A DNA stretch of 59,268 nt, counting the filler, from Bipalium vagum (lineage: Eukaryota), in assembly GCA_037834085.1 (NCBI GenBank). It is 3 parts of 3 records of this genome, joined end to end, with 100 filler letters (N's around TTAATTAATTAA, not from the genome) between each part and the next. Parts side by side here need not be neighbours in the genome. Positions count along the whole stretch, not along the records: positions 1 to 25,033 come from JBBMKC010197720.1; positions 25,134 to 43,453 come from JBBMKC010032685.1; 1 more part is not named here. The stretch is one strand, 5' to 3'. Each line of letters starts with the position of its first letter. Positions within the stretch are counted from its first letter, which is position 1. Positions 11,871 to 26,000 of this stretch are shown one piece after another. Below the pieces are notes generated by a model, which saw only the letters and a program-made list of their open reading frames with translations, was not told the origin of the DNA and made no database searches. The position numbers and the translations under genes were made by a program.

Positions 11871-12919
11871 ATATTTCACTTTATTTGCACTATCTTAATA
11901 TAAATGCTTATTTTGAAAATGAATTCCTGTGATATTTTATGTAGAAATAAATTAATGGGAAAATATTAAAAATGAAAAATATTTTTTTGAAATACAAGTT
12001 TGATAAACATTTTTAAAATGAACAGAAAAATAAGTGAAAAAGAAATAATATATAAAAAAACCATTTCAAAAAATTGGTAATATAATTCAGATATCATCTT
12101 TTTTGATTTTGATTTTTGAAAAATTCAAGTATTCATAAATGGAATTTGATAACAGTGTATAATTATTAAAGATTTTCCTGATATTATTAAAAACGTGAAA
12201 ATTAAATTTTTTATTCTTTTCCTGGCACCCCGTCTCCTCTAAATTGAACTTGCTTGAAATTCGGATAATTATAGAAAATATAAGATTTAGTTTTTAGTAA
12301 ATGCTAAGAATACCAAATGTTAGTATAACACTGATTTTGTATTCTTTGATATGAATAATTAATGTTGTCACTAGACATTCTCACGTTGTCATACATTGTA
12401 TAAAATAGTTAGACAATATAAGGTATAAGAATTCATAAAAAATTAAACGTGGATGGATAGATCTTAGAAAATGATCTATTATTATAACTAAAATGATTTA
12501 ATACATTCTCCCTGGGATGTAGAACTAAGTATTACTTTCTAAGATGAAATAACAGATCAAAAAAATCTCAACATTTCATGAATGTTTAATTTTTACAAAA
12601 CTAAAAGTTTATTAACTACCATTATATAAGCATACAAGAAATTATTAAGATAATTTTTTAATTATGACATATGACAAGTTATAATTTGATTGGCAAAAAA
12701 GTATTTACAGATTTTATATAGACATTTAAGTTTAATATAATTGTATTTTAATTAAAATTATCATTGTTTAAATAATATTAAAAGATTTTCAATTTATGCA
12801 AATTTCAATCATTAAGTTAATTTCAAATATGGACTTCGTGTAAAAACTCGAATTATCAATGTAAAGAAAGTTAAATTTATGATTTGCTTATCAAACACAA
12901 CAAAATGTGTTATTTTTAA

Positions 12920-13470
12920 AACTACCGGTAACGGGCTATGAGAAAACTGATTTGCTACACTAATCTACGTACTACAAGTTTGATAAAGCAGTGCAAAAAT
13001 CTGATCAAAAGAAAGTTATGGTGTGCGTTTGGTGGGCTTATCAACTAATCATACTTCGAAATTTTTTCAAGCAGTCAAATGATTCATTCTGATAATTACA
13101 TTGATCAGTTTGTCAAAATTGAACATGGAATCGAAGTTGAACGCCCAAAATTGGCAAACAGTAAGGGCACTGCTTTTCATCATTATAATGCAAAATCACA
13201 CACTCGTCTTTACCAGTCTGCAAAAATGACTGACTCTTTCTTGGACCTATTTCCACATTCACAATAGAGTGTATACATTGCTCTTTCCGGTGACTAGTGT
13301 TTATTTTATGCAAAACATCTTGAAAGGTATAACTTTTACTAATTATGATGAAGTTAAATCCGATATTTTAAAGATAAACCTAGGAAGTTTTTTGAATGAT
13401 GAATTTTTATGCTTTTTGGAAGATGACAACAGGTCCTTCTTAACAATGGATGATTCATAATTTATTTAAA
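12920..13470 (+). mobile_element. degenerate mariner transposase C-terminal half
   Basis: QKKVMVCVWW, MIHSDNY, FHHYNAKSH (HDNARPH) and PHSQ motifs, with frameshifts. Confidence 0.75.
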
Positions 13471-14823
13471 AATATATTGTAGTATGAATTTTTCACGTTC
13501 TATTTTCAAACAATATTGTTATTATTTAATTGATTTTCAAAAATTATGGAAAGGATTACTCAAAGATTTTGTTTAAAAATATTTTTATTAGTTATTTAAT
13601 ATTTATTTTAAAAATTTTATGAAAACATTTATAGTAAATAAATTAAAAAATATACAGTAAAAATAATATTGTGAATAAAATTTAAAGAAATCAAAACAAT
13701 CATAATATTTGAACTCAGTTTTTCTAATATTCATATAATTTAGGAAAATAAGAAATAATTTTTGAGAGGAAAATATTTTTAAAAAATTAAAATTTGATAT
13801 ATTGAAATTTTTAAAATAAAAATGAACTCAAAACATATTTTCACAAGGAAATGATTTTAAAATTTATTTGGCTCTGTAGAAGTCCAGTACTAATATTGAT
13901 AATTCTTTTTATAAAATATACATACAGAGTGAAATGTGTAAATGCCCTCTATTTATGTTCCGATTTATAGTTTTAAATGCTTAAAGTTAGAGATGACTAA
14001 AATAAATTTTCAAAAAATTGTTGAGATTTGGAAGCTGTGAAAAGAGAGATATTTTCCATTTTGAACTTTGGATAATTTTATGACGACTCTTTAAGAGAAA
14101 GAATAAATACCCAACAAACAGTAGTCGCTTTGTCTATAATGACAATAATCATCAGATATTTTTATTTGACTCTAATTTTAATTCTCTTACCATGACAGTA
14201 TTAATTAATTTCTTAATTACAAAATCTTAGGAAATTAAATTAATAATGCCTTCCTGCTTATTTAAAGATATTTAAAATTATAAAGAGACCTCTCTATAAG
14301 GTAAACAAAGAATGCTAATTGGATCACCAATCAGGCTTGACCATTATAAGGGTATATGAAGAACGAATTGTCATATACTTTCCTCACAAGATTTAAGTCT
14401 TCATTTCCTTTATTTTTATTTTGTAAAATAATTCGAAATTATATTTATTTATTAAATTACTAATTGAAAATCTCTTTTTTATTTCACATATACAAAGAAA
14501 AAACGGAAATATTAATATTTTATGCCAGTGACTTCACCTACTGGATTTTTATATTTATGTATTAATTTCTTTTTCATTAAAATCCTCCGTGAATTGTAGA
14601 AAAATCTGATTTATCATTTTTTTCTTTATTTTCTCTAATAGTTAAATCAAAGACTTCAACAAATATTATTCATCCTTTGATTGATCATAAAAAATGTCAA
14701 CTGTTTTATTCAAACAATAATTATAATTTACGATTTTGGAATATTTTAAAATGGTCATGCAGATACACAATTTATTAACATTTTTTTGGTTTTATTATAT
14801 TATGATTTTTTTACTCAAACCAG

Positions 14824-15075
14824 GTATTGAAGTACTTAAGAGATGAGAATGTGACCTTTGCTGAAAAAGTTAATTATCCAACAAATGTTCCTGAAGCGCG
14901 GCTAGCTGAAGATATTTTGGTAGATTTGAAGCAAGCATTATACAATAAGAATTGGAGTGCCCAAAATTATCAAAAATTTTAACAAAGAATATATTTGGTT
15001 TTTAAAAAATTGATCTGAAATATATGCAAGACAGAGCTGAGATTCGCAGACTGGACTACATAACCAGGTTTGGTG
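14824..15075 (+). mobile_element. Tc1/mariner-superfamily transposase C-terminal fragment
   Basis: NYPTNVPEARLAEDILVDLKQALYNKNWSAQN resembles PPNVPxxRPIExxWxxLKQxVYxxxWxA. Confidence 0.55.
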
Positions 15076-15542
15076 TCAATAAATAATAAATATATAAAAT
15101 ATAATAAAAATATCTAATGGAAGATCTAAATAATAGTTATCTTCCACACTTTTTTCTTTTTTTAATATTTATATAAAAGTCACGTTCTTAGACATTCTTT
15201 GATTTTGATAACAATTGCGTAGTATAATTTTAAGTATATTGAAATCCTATATACAACGTCTGAACACTTCTGTCAGTAGAAAAGTTAATTGGAACTTCTA
15301 ACATGATTATTGATTGAGCCTACATTATAGGAGAAATGTGGTTACGGTAAGCGAAGAGAATAGGTAAAGAAAATTGACAGAGATAATTTTGAACTTTGTA
15401 TCTGTTTAGATATGAATAATATATAACTCAGTCTCAAAAATTCCACAATCATATTAATTGACAGTGAAAATTATTGATATATAGTTGGAAAAATAAAAGT
15501 TACACTTTTTCTTTTTAAATAAACACAAGCAATAAGATTTAC

Positions 15543-15674
15543 CTTCTTGGTCGATATTAGCGATCACCAAATTTCCAATAACATAGGAGCAGTTTTTATC
15601 AAAATTCTCTTTAAGATTTTTGTACGACTTGAGCTTGTCAACAATATCTCGATGAATTTGGGAGCTTTTACAAA
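15543..15674 (-). CDS. egfr: EGFR-family receptor, coding exon 2 (start of L1 domain); not in the ORF track
   Basis: ttttag|TT...GAAG|gtaaat, 132 nt, phase 1/1. Encodes ICKSSQIHRDIVDKLKSYKNLKENFDKNCSYVIGNLVIANIDQE (cf. EGFR VCQG...NNCEVVLGNLEI). Splices in frame to both neighbouring exons. Confidence 0.85.
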
Positions 15675-18599
15675 CTAAAATGAAATATTTTTAACAATAA
15701 ATACCCAGTTTTTATTTATTTTTATGTATTATAAGTTCAAAAATAACGGCGCTGTTTTAACAGTTCAAATTCAATGCCTTTGAGAAATGTCAAAGTACAT
15801 TTTTATTACCAATAATTTCCATTATTATTAATAACAACATTTCCTTAAAGTTTTGGCGATATATAAATTCCATCATAGAAAAAATTTGACTTGGTTTCGA
15901 GATAATCTAGTCATTTTTGACATTTTTACTCTTAAGACAGCTTGCGATAGACCGTGTTCCAGTAACTTTTCATAATAGTTTCAGTATTTTATAATACAGA
16001 ATATTTCATTGATTTTACATTTTTCACAGCTAAATGTTTTCAATGTAAATTGCTATTTGAGGTTACAACAATTACATTTTTTCTAACCGATTATATTTTG
16101 TTTAGGATTTCCAAGATAAACCCGCTTTTCAACGTTGATGACTATAAAATTCACCAAAGATTCTTTTGTTCTTTTCAAATTTTATTTGAAAAGAAGTTTT
16201 TCTTTGCTGCCTTTTACTCTCATTACATAAAGTACTCACTTTCTTCTTCGAATTTTTCCCATACAAATAATTTACAACGATATTTTATGAAATTTAAATA
16301 AAATACCATATGATATCAAACTTTTTATGTCAGGTTAACCATAACAAAAATGTTGGATTCAGAAAAGGTCTTTCTGGTGGTATCTTTTTTGTTTTTTGAT
16401 AAAAGTAGAGTCAGGCTGTTGAAAACTATATTTGATCATGTTTCTGAATTTGTTTCAATAGACACTCTTAACTTTTTAAATCATTTCTATCACAAAAATA
16501 TAATGTCCCTGGAATATTTTAAGTGGTAAATTTGAAAAATATAATTGAAATAAAAACAGAAATTTGAAAATGTTTACTTTATTTTTAGTTCAATCCCATT
16601 TTGCCTTAATGTAACTTTCAAATGATATAAAAATAAAATATGATAAGAAACTATATTAAATGACATGGTCGTGGATTTCCCTTTTACTTTCAGTTTCATT
16701 AAGACTCTCAGTTTCAAGCGAAAAAAGCCTAAAGAAAGATTAAATGGATAAATGCCTATGAATGAGAAATCAATTTCTCAGAGTCTAATGAAAATGCGAA
16801 ATGACTTTAACTATTATGTAAAATAAGCCATTGATAATTAAAAATACTACAATAATAATTATCCTTATTTTAATACATCTCAGGTGAGATTGGATGTTGA
16901 TGGGCAAGTGTTCGATTCCGTATCTTATTTAAACAAGAATTGGATCTACAGAACAAAAGAAGATGTAACTATACCGACAATTATATTGGTAACTGAAATA
17001 AATAATAATTAAAATGTACGCATTAACAGAAATGACATGTAATACCATTTATATTTCCAGAAAATGATATCGTTTTACGAATTATTTTGATACAAAAATA
17101 AAATTAATTAAGAATATTTTTTGCCGAAAAATCTCGCTATTTTCTTTTTTTTTAATTTAATTTTATGCCATGATGGTAAAACAAAATTGCAAAAATTATC
17201 TCAGTAATATTTTAATATTTTTTATAATTCTTTAAAAATTCCATTTATATTAAAAATATACCACAACTAATAAAAAAAGGTTAAGGTATATTATCAAAAA
17301 ATATCTGATTATATAAATATTATTTTTGTACCTCACAATCCTATAAACACGTATTAAAAGATAAAAGAAAAATAAATTTAATTTATAATTATTAATTTTC
17401 TTGTTTTAATGAAATAATTTTTGTTATCATAAATTTTTATCACGGCAAAAAAATATCTACCTTGATAAAAATTAATTGTACTCATCAAACATTTGCGTTT
17501 TTATTATTAATATAAATATAAATAATATATTTAATAATATTATTATTATTTAAAAAAATTAATCTGATAATGATTTTATGAAAGAAAATATTTTCAAATA
17601 ACAGAATATATAATTTCCTTTTTTGCTCATAACATCCATAAATCCATCAGACAAAGATATAACTTGATGGAAAAGTTATTTAAGTATGAAATTAGAATTA
17701 AATGTCTGAAAAGTAATTGTAGATAAAACTGATCAAAGCTGAAGAGCAAATTGATATGGAAGTGAAGAATTCCTTTAAACATTAAATGAGGAACTCTAAT
17801 GGGTAAATGTGGAATTTTTTTGTTTCTGATGCACTAATTAATTAAAATAAAAAATCCCATTTCGAATTAGGAAATATTTCTATTTCTAGGCAGTCTTATA
17901 GTCTGATAGTCTGAGATTTGTTTCTAAAAAACATATTTAATATTTTTGACCAGATTGATTGAAGTAGACTTATCAGATTTTGATATATTTTTTATACATT
18001 AAAAATTTCTTCATTTATATTAGAAATTCTGGAAAAACGCATTATAAAATTAAAAAAATAATTCCCGATAAAACGTTTCTGTGAAAAAAATGTCTAATAT
18101 ATTTTCTGGCTTGTGGGATAGGATATGCAATGTTTTTAAGACCTCCAAATTTATAATATTGTTTTTTTAGGGGATTAGTGGGTATTATATTGAAATAGAT
18201 TTACCAAGTGGCTATCAGACAAAAGTCTCATCGACTTTATTAGTACACCATATTCACAATGACAGAATTTTGTCTGAACCGTAAAGTGGAAATTTAAGAC
18301 TAAACATATTTCTGTAGAATATTTTCGGCTAGACTTTTGAGAATCAATTTTGAAAAGAATGACCTTTTAAAGAAGATCGTCTAATCAAAATATCAATCCC
18401 TTTTATTACTGGGGTTACCTCAAACGAATATTTAGGCTGATCCCCTTACAATCTATACCCTTTTCTATAGCCAAAGTCATAGGTATTTATCTTCAGAATA
18501 AATTCTCTAACTGAGATATTCTAAAATAAACATGATTTCAAGTTTTAAGAAGTGTTTTGATGGAAAGAAGAAATAATTGAGATAATTTTTACTGCTTAC

Positions 18600-18858
18600 T
18601 TTTTCCATTTTTGTATTTCTCATCTCGATTATAGAGATCAAATGTTTCCTTTATGGCCTCAAAATATAATTCCGTATCGGCGTGGTTTTCCTCGGACTCA
18701 ATCTGGTCCATGCCGACAGTGTAATTGTCGAATTGATAGACTCTGTGTTGGTTATTGTACAAGCCGTCATTGGAATTGAATAGCATAATGAAAATAAAGC
18801 ACCAGACTTTCCAGAGAATTGTCATCTTTGGAAAATTTTTGTTGCTGAAAAATGGCAT
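18600..18858 (-). CDS. egfr: EGFR-family receptor, probable first coding exon (signal peptide plus N-terminal extension)
   Basis: Hydrophobic stretch MTILWKVWCFIFIMLF. Donor GGAAAAA|gtaagc is phase 1, compatible with exon 2. The start could be ATG 18858 or 18825. Confidence 0.7.
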
Positions 18859-19859
18859 CAGTTTGCTGAAAATGATTTTGGAACTGGACTTAATAAATCT
18901 ATAAATTGATGAAAGATTGAATTGATAATCGATCGTAACGATATGTTAATTATGCAAATCAACTGAACATAAAAGAACAAGACATTTGCTTATCAAATTT
19001 CACAGACATTAAGTTATTTGGTTTGGTTAATTAATAAAAAAATCTTTAAGGGTAAAGCTTGAATTAATTTCTGATCATTTTTCTATTTGAAAATTTCTAA
19101 TGTATCTCACGTTTTACAGAAATATTTCATTTTTATATTTTGTTTAAAATCACTTTATAAGATTATCCGATCAACCAATCAAAAAGCTCGAAATTTAACT
19201 AGTTTTATTAAGGAAGAAATTATCGAAAAAATGGAAATCTTAATTTTCAGTTTTTGAAAAATTATTGATTTCATTTTCCTTATTATTAAGACATGATATG
19301 ATTACTTTCGTAATAATTACTTTGCCATTTTCATACATACTGATGAAAAATTATTGATTTTTTTCAGGTGATAATGAAAATTTTAATTTTATTATTAATG
19401 ATATGTAATAGTTGATTTTTAATTTGTTTTTTTATTTTAATTATTTATGATTAAAAAATAATTTTTTTTTATATTGACCTTCAGCACCGAAAAAGGTTAG
19501 AAATCAAATATACACACAAATTTACATTAATTCATTTTAACAATATGTAGAAATGTTAATGGTGCTTAAATTAAAACAATTATTAGTTATTGGATAGTAA
19601 ATTTGTCTGAGAATTTATCGAGGAGTGGATACCATATATCATAAATACTTGTCTTTATTTTTTCTGCACTGTCATAAATATCTTTTTTTTATTCTTCTTT
19701 AAAAGTTTACTATTACTGAGTCTCATATATATAAAATACCTTTTTGTGTGCCTTGTGTATGGCTGCTGACTGAAACCTATTAATGAAGCGTTCTTCAAAA
19801 TATTATCTGTCCGTTAAAGTATATCATTGCTTTCTGAAATGTGTTCAAAACCATGTTTT

Positions 19860-20025
19860 TGATAAACGAATTCCAAATGACTTTTCATTGTATTCTTATA
19901 AAAAATTCTGAATGTTTGAAATTATACCTTCAGGATTCAATTAGTATTTTAATTGTGAAAACACACCTATAAATTCTTCATGAATGCCCTCCATTAATAT
20001 CTTGAAATAACAATGGTTTTTTAAA
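19860..20025 (-). mobile_element. possible second, highly decayed Merlin transposase fragment
   Basis: KTIVISRY*WRAF...VCFH...NPE resembles TIxSDxWRAY...VNH...P. Confidence 0.3.
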
Positions 20026-20524
20026 GGTTTTGTTAATCTATTGAAACGATATATATAAATTACATTATTAAATTCACTAAAGCTTACTCTCAGTACTATT
20101 AATTTTTGAGTTCGTGCACTTATAATTAATAATCACATAACTAAGAACTTTAGTATCAGATTTATATTAGTTGATAAATCGTTGGTCTTCTTAAACAGAT
20201 GGTTTTCATAAACAGATTTCAAAATTTATATTTCTCAATGTGATACTTTTTCATTCTATATTTAACATTGATTCTTGATGAAGCACTATACTCATGTTAA
20301 CGGCAAATGATCACAGATTTGACTTTACCTTTTTTCATAAAGAAAAAGCATATTAGAAAATAATAGACGACTATCAATTCTTATAATTCAATCAAATATA
20401 CCGTAAAACATTAGCAAAAATGATTGGAATAAAACAGCAAAATACATACACTTTGTTATCAAAAGTAATATAATTTTAATAAACTAACTAAACTAAATTA
20501 CAAATACTTAATTAAAGTTAAATT

Positions 20525-20525
20525 T

Positions 20526-20557
<32 letters not shown>

Positions 20558-20578
20558 ATTATTCATTATTATTATTAA
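20525..20578. repeat. (ATT)n microsatellite
   Basis: Seen directly in the sequence. Confidence 0.85.
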
Positions 20579-21734
20579 TTAATTAATCAATATATAAATA
20601 ATCATGTCTGAAATAGCAATTTCTAAACATAAAGGAAGAAATTTAACAAATAATAAATGATGAAATATACAAATTCATGTTCTGTATTCTGGGAGATATT
20701 AGTCTAAATAATGAAACTTAGAAATCACTAAACAATATGATTTTTGCATGTAAATGTATGTAAAATAAGTTTAATTATCATTAATGATATCAAAATGTAG
20801 ATTGATCCAGGCTGATCCAAGGTTCTAATTAACATTCATCATTTACATAATATACCAAAATGACAGTATGTTAAATACGAATCTGTGGCGTCCTATTTTA
20901 TGCTAATAAGAATGAAAAAATAAACGTTTTCCAGCATAATCAAGATGGGAAAATTGCACAGGCCAAATCATTGAGTTTCATTTTACTACATCTATCCATC
21001 TTTAAAATTATTTCAGGATAATTTTTTCAGCAATAAAACAAAAAATGTAATTTAATAACGAAAGGAACTAAATAAAATAATCAATTTAGATAAGTTAGCA
21101 TAATATTAAATATTAAATTTGTTTATATAATTTTTCAAGCAAAAAATACTTTTAATTTTTATTAATCATAAACAAATAGATTTACTAATATCGTTCCAAT
21201 TTCTACTAAAAGTATTCAAATTGTATCAATGATTAAATTATACATTTCATATGTTAATTATTCGTTAGAGCAAAATCAACCTGACTCCGTACTTTAATAG
21301 TTGTAATCAATAAAAATCAGTATAAATTACAATGTAGCAATAAACTTTATTTATATCACAGTACAATGTTGAGAGATTATTAACAAATCAAATAAATTAT
21401 GGAATCAAAGAATCAATAATTACTATATCCGAAATTTCCCTAAATCATATAAATGAAAAATTCTTACATTCATAAATATTCCAAGTTCTTGTTGTTTCAT
21501 CATTGATATAAATATAAAATTGATATAAATATTAACATAATATAATAAAAGAAATAATTTAAAATTTAACTAAAAATATACTGTGTTCGAATATTAGTTT
21601 GAAGAAAAAGCTTCTATGTCTTACAGATACAGTCTGATACATTAAATTTTCCAGTAAAAAAATTACAACATTTATATTATATATGTATATTATATTTATA
21701 TACAGAAAACAATACATTGTTAATATTAGTTATA

Positions 21735-21965
21735 TCCTCCAACTTCATCGATTATTGCAGAAAACCTTTGCTCCATAGAATCTAAGGCTATACCGGTAAT
21801 TCTCTTCTCCCATGATAGTTAAGCTGGTGTTTCATGCGCCTCCACACATTTTCGATGGGGTTAGCATCAGAAATGATTGCTCGCCACGGCAGAAGAGGTA
21901 AGTCATGATCATCGAACCAATCTCTTGTAAATTTGGCAGTATGGATTGGTGCATTGCCTTTCTGG
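21735..21965 (-). mobile_element. Tc1 (DD34E) transposase fragment
   Basis: QKGNAPIHTAKFTRDWFDDHDLPLLPWRAIISDANPIENVWRRMK (QDNAPxH / WPxxSPDxNPIENxW). Confidence 0.8.
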
Positions 21966-24209
21966 TAGAATTCTATTATTTTTAAAATTTAATAAAAAAC
22001 GAAATTTCCAGATCTGAGAAAAATTGTTTAAATATTATTTGTTATATCACTTAATAAAATATATTTTAAAAATGTCTTCTAATTCTGATTACAAACCAAT
22101 TGATATTAACAATATAGTAAAATTGAAATCTTAATAGTAAAAAATCCAAAAATGTATTTATTTTTAAATGTAGATTTCATCCTTTTCGATTTCATTTTCA
22201 TCAGTTGTCCTCTCTGACTTAACTAGAATACAATTAATCGTTAAGGTTTCTATAGTTTAATTAAAAAACAAAAGAAAATTATAAATAATAAAAGTTTGAA
22301 AGTAATCTAATTTGTTATATTAATCGATTTATTTTATTTTATTCGGTACAAATATATCTTAATAAATCTAACATTATTCTGTCATTTATTGTAAATAATT
22401 CAAGTATTTTTGTTAAGTTGGTGATAGTTTTGTTAATATTTTTTGTGACTCCAAATTTTTTATTGGTTCGTTCGAAACTCTGACTGGTAAAAGACAATTG
22501 AATAACAGCCAAATATGTTAGACAGTCAAGACAAAAGAAAAACATCAAGTCAATTTCCACAAATAAAATTAATGTTATTAACCTGATTGAGTTCCCTTCC
22601 AGACATGATCATTTTGACTTCGAATCAACTGTATTCAACTGTAATTCTCCATGTAACTTTAATTCTTAGCTTTCCCTTCAATTCGATTTTCAGCTCCACT
22701 TCAATTATCAACTAGCTTCAATTTAATTCTTGGTTATTTTTCAATTCTCAATTTTACTTAATTCTTTTTCTTTTGACTGTGAAAGTTCTGCTACTCCATA
22801 AAACAAGAGTTTTCAGAGTTTTTTCACCACTAATTGTTACCTCTCAAGGGTCAGGGAGTTAATGATTGACAAGAAAAAGTTACTTTGTTAAGGTATAATA
22901 ATAACAATCAGAAAAAAATTTTAATTTAGAAAATTTAAAAATTTTCATTATTAAAAATCTATATCAACCTTTATAAATAAAAGCATTAATAATGATAGTA
23001 ATATAAACGCCGAAAACTTTTTGAATACCCATTGATTTTTTTAAAAATATTTATGCTTCAAACATTTATATATAATCGTACGGATAATTATTGGAGTAAG
23101 TGTATATTCTTCTTCCTTTTTACTATCGAGATCAATCATTACCTGAGATCCTTCAAAAGATTTCTCTGTTGAAGTATTAGAAGAAGCAGTTTCCAATAAT
23201 TTAAAGGTAGATAATAATTTAATTTTTTGCATGTTTAAAGTTATACAAGATACTCAGATTCCATTTCCGAATTCCATTTTTAGCTGAAAATTTTAACCTT
23301 AAAAACACTAACAGACTTCTATGGAAAGTCTACTCGAGCCCATTTGACCCATAAATTGATGTGTAGCATTTGTCTTAATTAAAGAAGTTTAAAGATTTCA
23401 AATGTAATTCACCTCGATATTTTCCTACTGAAAATTTATTTTAAAAATTATTGTTTGTAATTGCTGATTTTAAATCTCTTTTAAAAAATTGATATTTTTG
23501 TTCAATTTCTTGCATATTAAAACTTCTTTATCGTTCCTTTGTTTTATATTTTTAATCGTTGTTTTTATCATTGTTTTTATGGTGGGTCTCGTGTTTTGTT
23601 TGTTGTTGTTATTTTTTTTCCGTTGTTTATTTTTTTAATGGTTTATCGGATCTCCAAGATGACTTATTTTTTTAGAGATATATTTTTTAAAAAATTCACA
23701 ATACCATTTTTGAACAATTTGCTAAGAAAATAAATTGATTGTTGGATATAAATAATATAATTATGTTGAGAAAATGAAATTTTTTCATTTCGTGTTGTTG
23801 AGAACGTTCGAGAATTTCGAATACTTATGAATAATTTTGATAATAACGATGAACGGAAGATATACGAATCGTTATTAATAAAAAAAAATAATAATAAAAG
23901 AGCAGTAACCGTGGATCAACATTCAAATTAGAGAATGTAAAAGCCAATGGATAATCAATATTTTAAAAAATTCATTTACTTTTGTAATAAAACTTTATTC
24001 CTTTTTTAAATTTTTATATTTTTTTCTTTCCTAATTTTCTATTTTTAGTAACCTAAGTATTTCTATTTTTACTTTTTCTTAAAATAATATGTAATATTGC
24101 TAATAATAACAATAATTTTATGGAATTCTTATTTAAGTTCTTTATATTTCAGAGTTTTCTGTTTTTACATAAACTAAAATTAAACTAAATCACATAAAAA
24201 TATTATTTA

Positions 24210-25033
24210 TCGGGTTGGAAACAAAGTTCTCGCACTATTTTTATTACGAATGATTTCATTGAAAATATAACGAAAGTACAATAAAAAATTTCATCAAAAG
24301 TCCCATATCAGTCAATAATGTAGTCACCGTTGTTCTCCAATACTTCCTACAACGACGGGGAAAATCGTGAATGCCTTTCTTGTAAAATTCCATTGGTTTG
24401 CTAGCAAAGAAATTTCCAACTTCAGCTTCCAATTCTTTATCAGTCCTACACTCTTTGTCTTTCAGGAAGTTCTGCAGCCCCCGGAATAAATGATAATCTG
24501 AAGGCGCTAGGTCTGGTGAGTATGGTGGGTGAGGCAAAACTTCCCATTTCAACTGCAAAAGTTTTTGATGGGTGAGTTTGAAACGTGTGGTCGGGCATTA
24601 TCACAAAGAAAGATTACTTGATTCGATCCTGTTCGACATTTTGCAAAGGCATCTGCTACTTGTTGCAGTTGTTGACAATATAAATCTGAGTTAATGGTCT
24701 GATTACGTTTCAACATTTCCCAGTAAATAACGCCTTTTACATCCCACCACACACATACAATGAGCTTCTTTTGGTGCATTTCAGCCTTTGGCAGAGGTTG
24801 CGCAGTTGCTCCTTTGTTTGTCCAGGTCCTTTTGCGAGTGATATTAGAGAACAGATACCATTTTTCATTTGAAGTAAGTAAGTTATTAAGCCAATCAGTC
24901 CGACGTTTTCTTGACATTAATGTTAAGCAGGCATTCAGGCGACGTTGCCGGTCAAGATCAGTCAGTTTGTGGGGGACCCAAACGTCTAGTTTACTAACTT
25001 TCCCAATTTCTTTCAAATGGTGTAAAATGGCTG
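24210..25033 (-). mobile_element. mariner (DD34D) element, 3' two-thirds with right TIR; inactive
   Basis: ORFs 24549-25016 and 24256-24558 are joined by a frameshift and contain WVPHKL, LTSNEKW (first catalytic D changed to N), CDNARPH and HPPYSPDLAPSDY. TIR TA|TCGGGTTGGAAACAAAGTTCTCGCAC. Cut by the gap. Confidence 0.92.
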
Positions 25034-25133
25034 NNNNNNNNNNNNNNNNNNNNNNNNNNNNNNNNNNNNNNNNNNNNTTAATTAATTAANNNNNNNNNNN
25101 NNNNNNNNNNNNNNNNNNNNNNNNNNNNNNNNN
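25034..25133. other. assembly spacer 44N-TTAATTAATTAA-44N (six-frame stop linker)
   Basis: Seen directly; identical to 43454-43553. Confidence 0.95.
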
Positions 25134-25335
25134 AGTATCAATTCGCAGTGCACAGGACTGGTTCAAAAAGTTTAAAAATGGTGATACCAGCTTGGATTAT
25201 GCACCCCATACAGGACGACCATCTGCCTTTGATTCTGAGCTGCTCAAAAATGCTATCAAATGTTTGATAATTTTTATTTTTTGTTTTTCATTATAAAGTC
25301 TTAAAAAACGCGAGTTATTATGACTCACCCTAATA
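25134..25335 (+). mobile_element. mariner N-terminal fragment fused to a mariner 3' TIR (internally deleted copy)
   Basis: VSIRSAQDWFKKFKNGDTSLDYAPHTGRPSAFDSELLKNAIK, then the TIR-like TTATTATGACTCACCCTAA|TA. Confidence 0.75.
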
Positions 25336-25599
25336 TATATATTATTTGAGTTCTAAACTTGAAAAAAATTGTATAAAACCATTGCAACTACACAATAAAC
25401 TTTTATTTGTTTTGAGATAATTAAACAACGATAAAAATGACAATATTCTTTTAAAGATCACAATAGATCTATCGAAAATCAATTATTCAGACAAAAAAAC
25501 ACTTTATAACCAGTTTCTATATTAAACAAGGATTTATTAAACAATCATTTTACTTTATACCTCAAATAATCCATGTAATAATTGAAATAAAATTTTTAA

Positions 25600-26000
25600 T
25601 GGAATGAAGAGTATCCTCCGGATCTTTTCCTTCCCATTCTTATCTTTATTATGTTTTTGTAAATCAGAAAATCAATAACAAATGAAGATCTAATTTTTAT
25701 TGTTTTCTACTTGAACTCGAAGTCATAATCCTTTCCCCATCATTTGATGAAATATACCGAGGCTATAGGCATAAATGCTAATTAGGTTAATTTTCATTTG
25801 AGGTAGTTAGGTTATTGTTTTAAATTTAGTTTATGAATTAATTATATTTTTAGCGGTCAATTATAGAAGTTAATTTGAATTCTTCCTTGATAAATGTCTT
25901 CTTACATTTTTAATTGGTAATCTCCATAAGCCTTCTCCTTTTTTTAATTTGAGATTCTTCAAATAACATTGACTATTTTTCATACTATTGTCAAGTATCC
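25600..26000 (-). mobile_element. possible non-LTR retrotransposon APE endonuclease relic
   Basis: Decayed KKGEG and KINLISIYAY motifs. Confidence 0.3.

Noticed and set aside
16880-16925. GTTCGATTCC T-loop/B-box-like motif
   Set aside because: No T-stem pairing or cloverleaf; not a tRNA.
22570-23720. Decayed coding-like stretches on the - strand (possible LINE ORF1 or gag)
   Set aside because: Many stops and no diagnostic motif.
25078-25089. TTAATTAATTAA palindrome between N runs
   Set aside because: Artificial linker repeated identically at 43498-43509.
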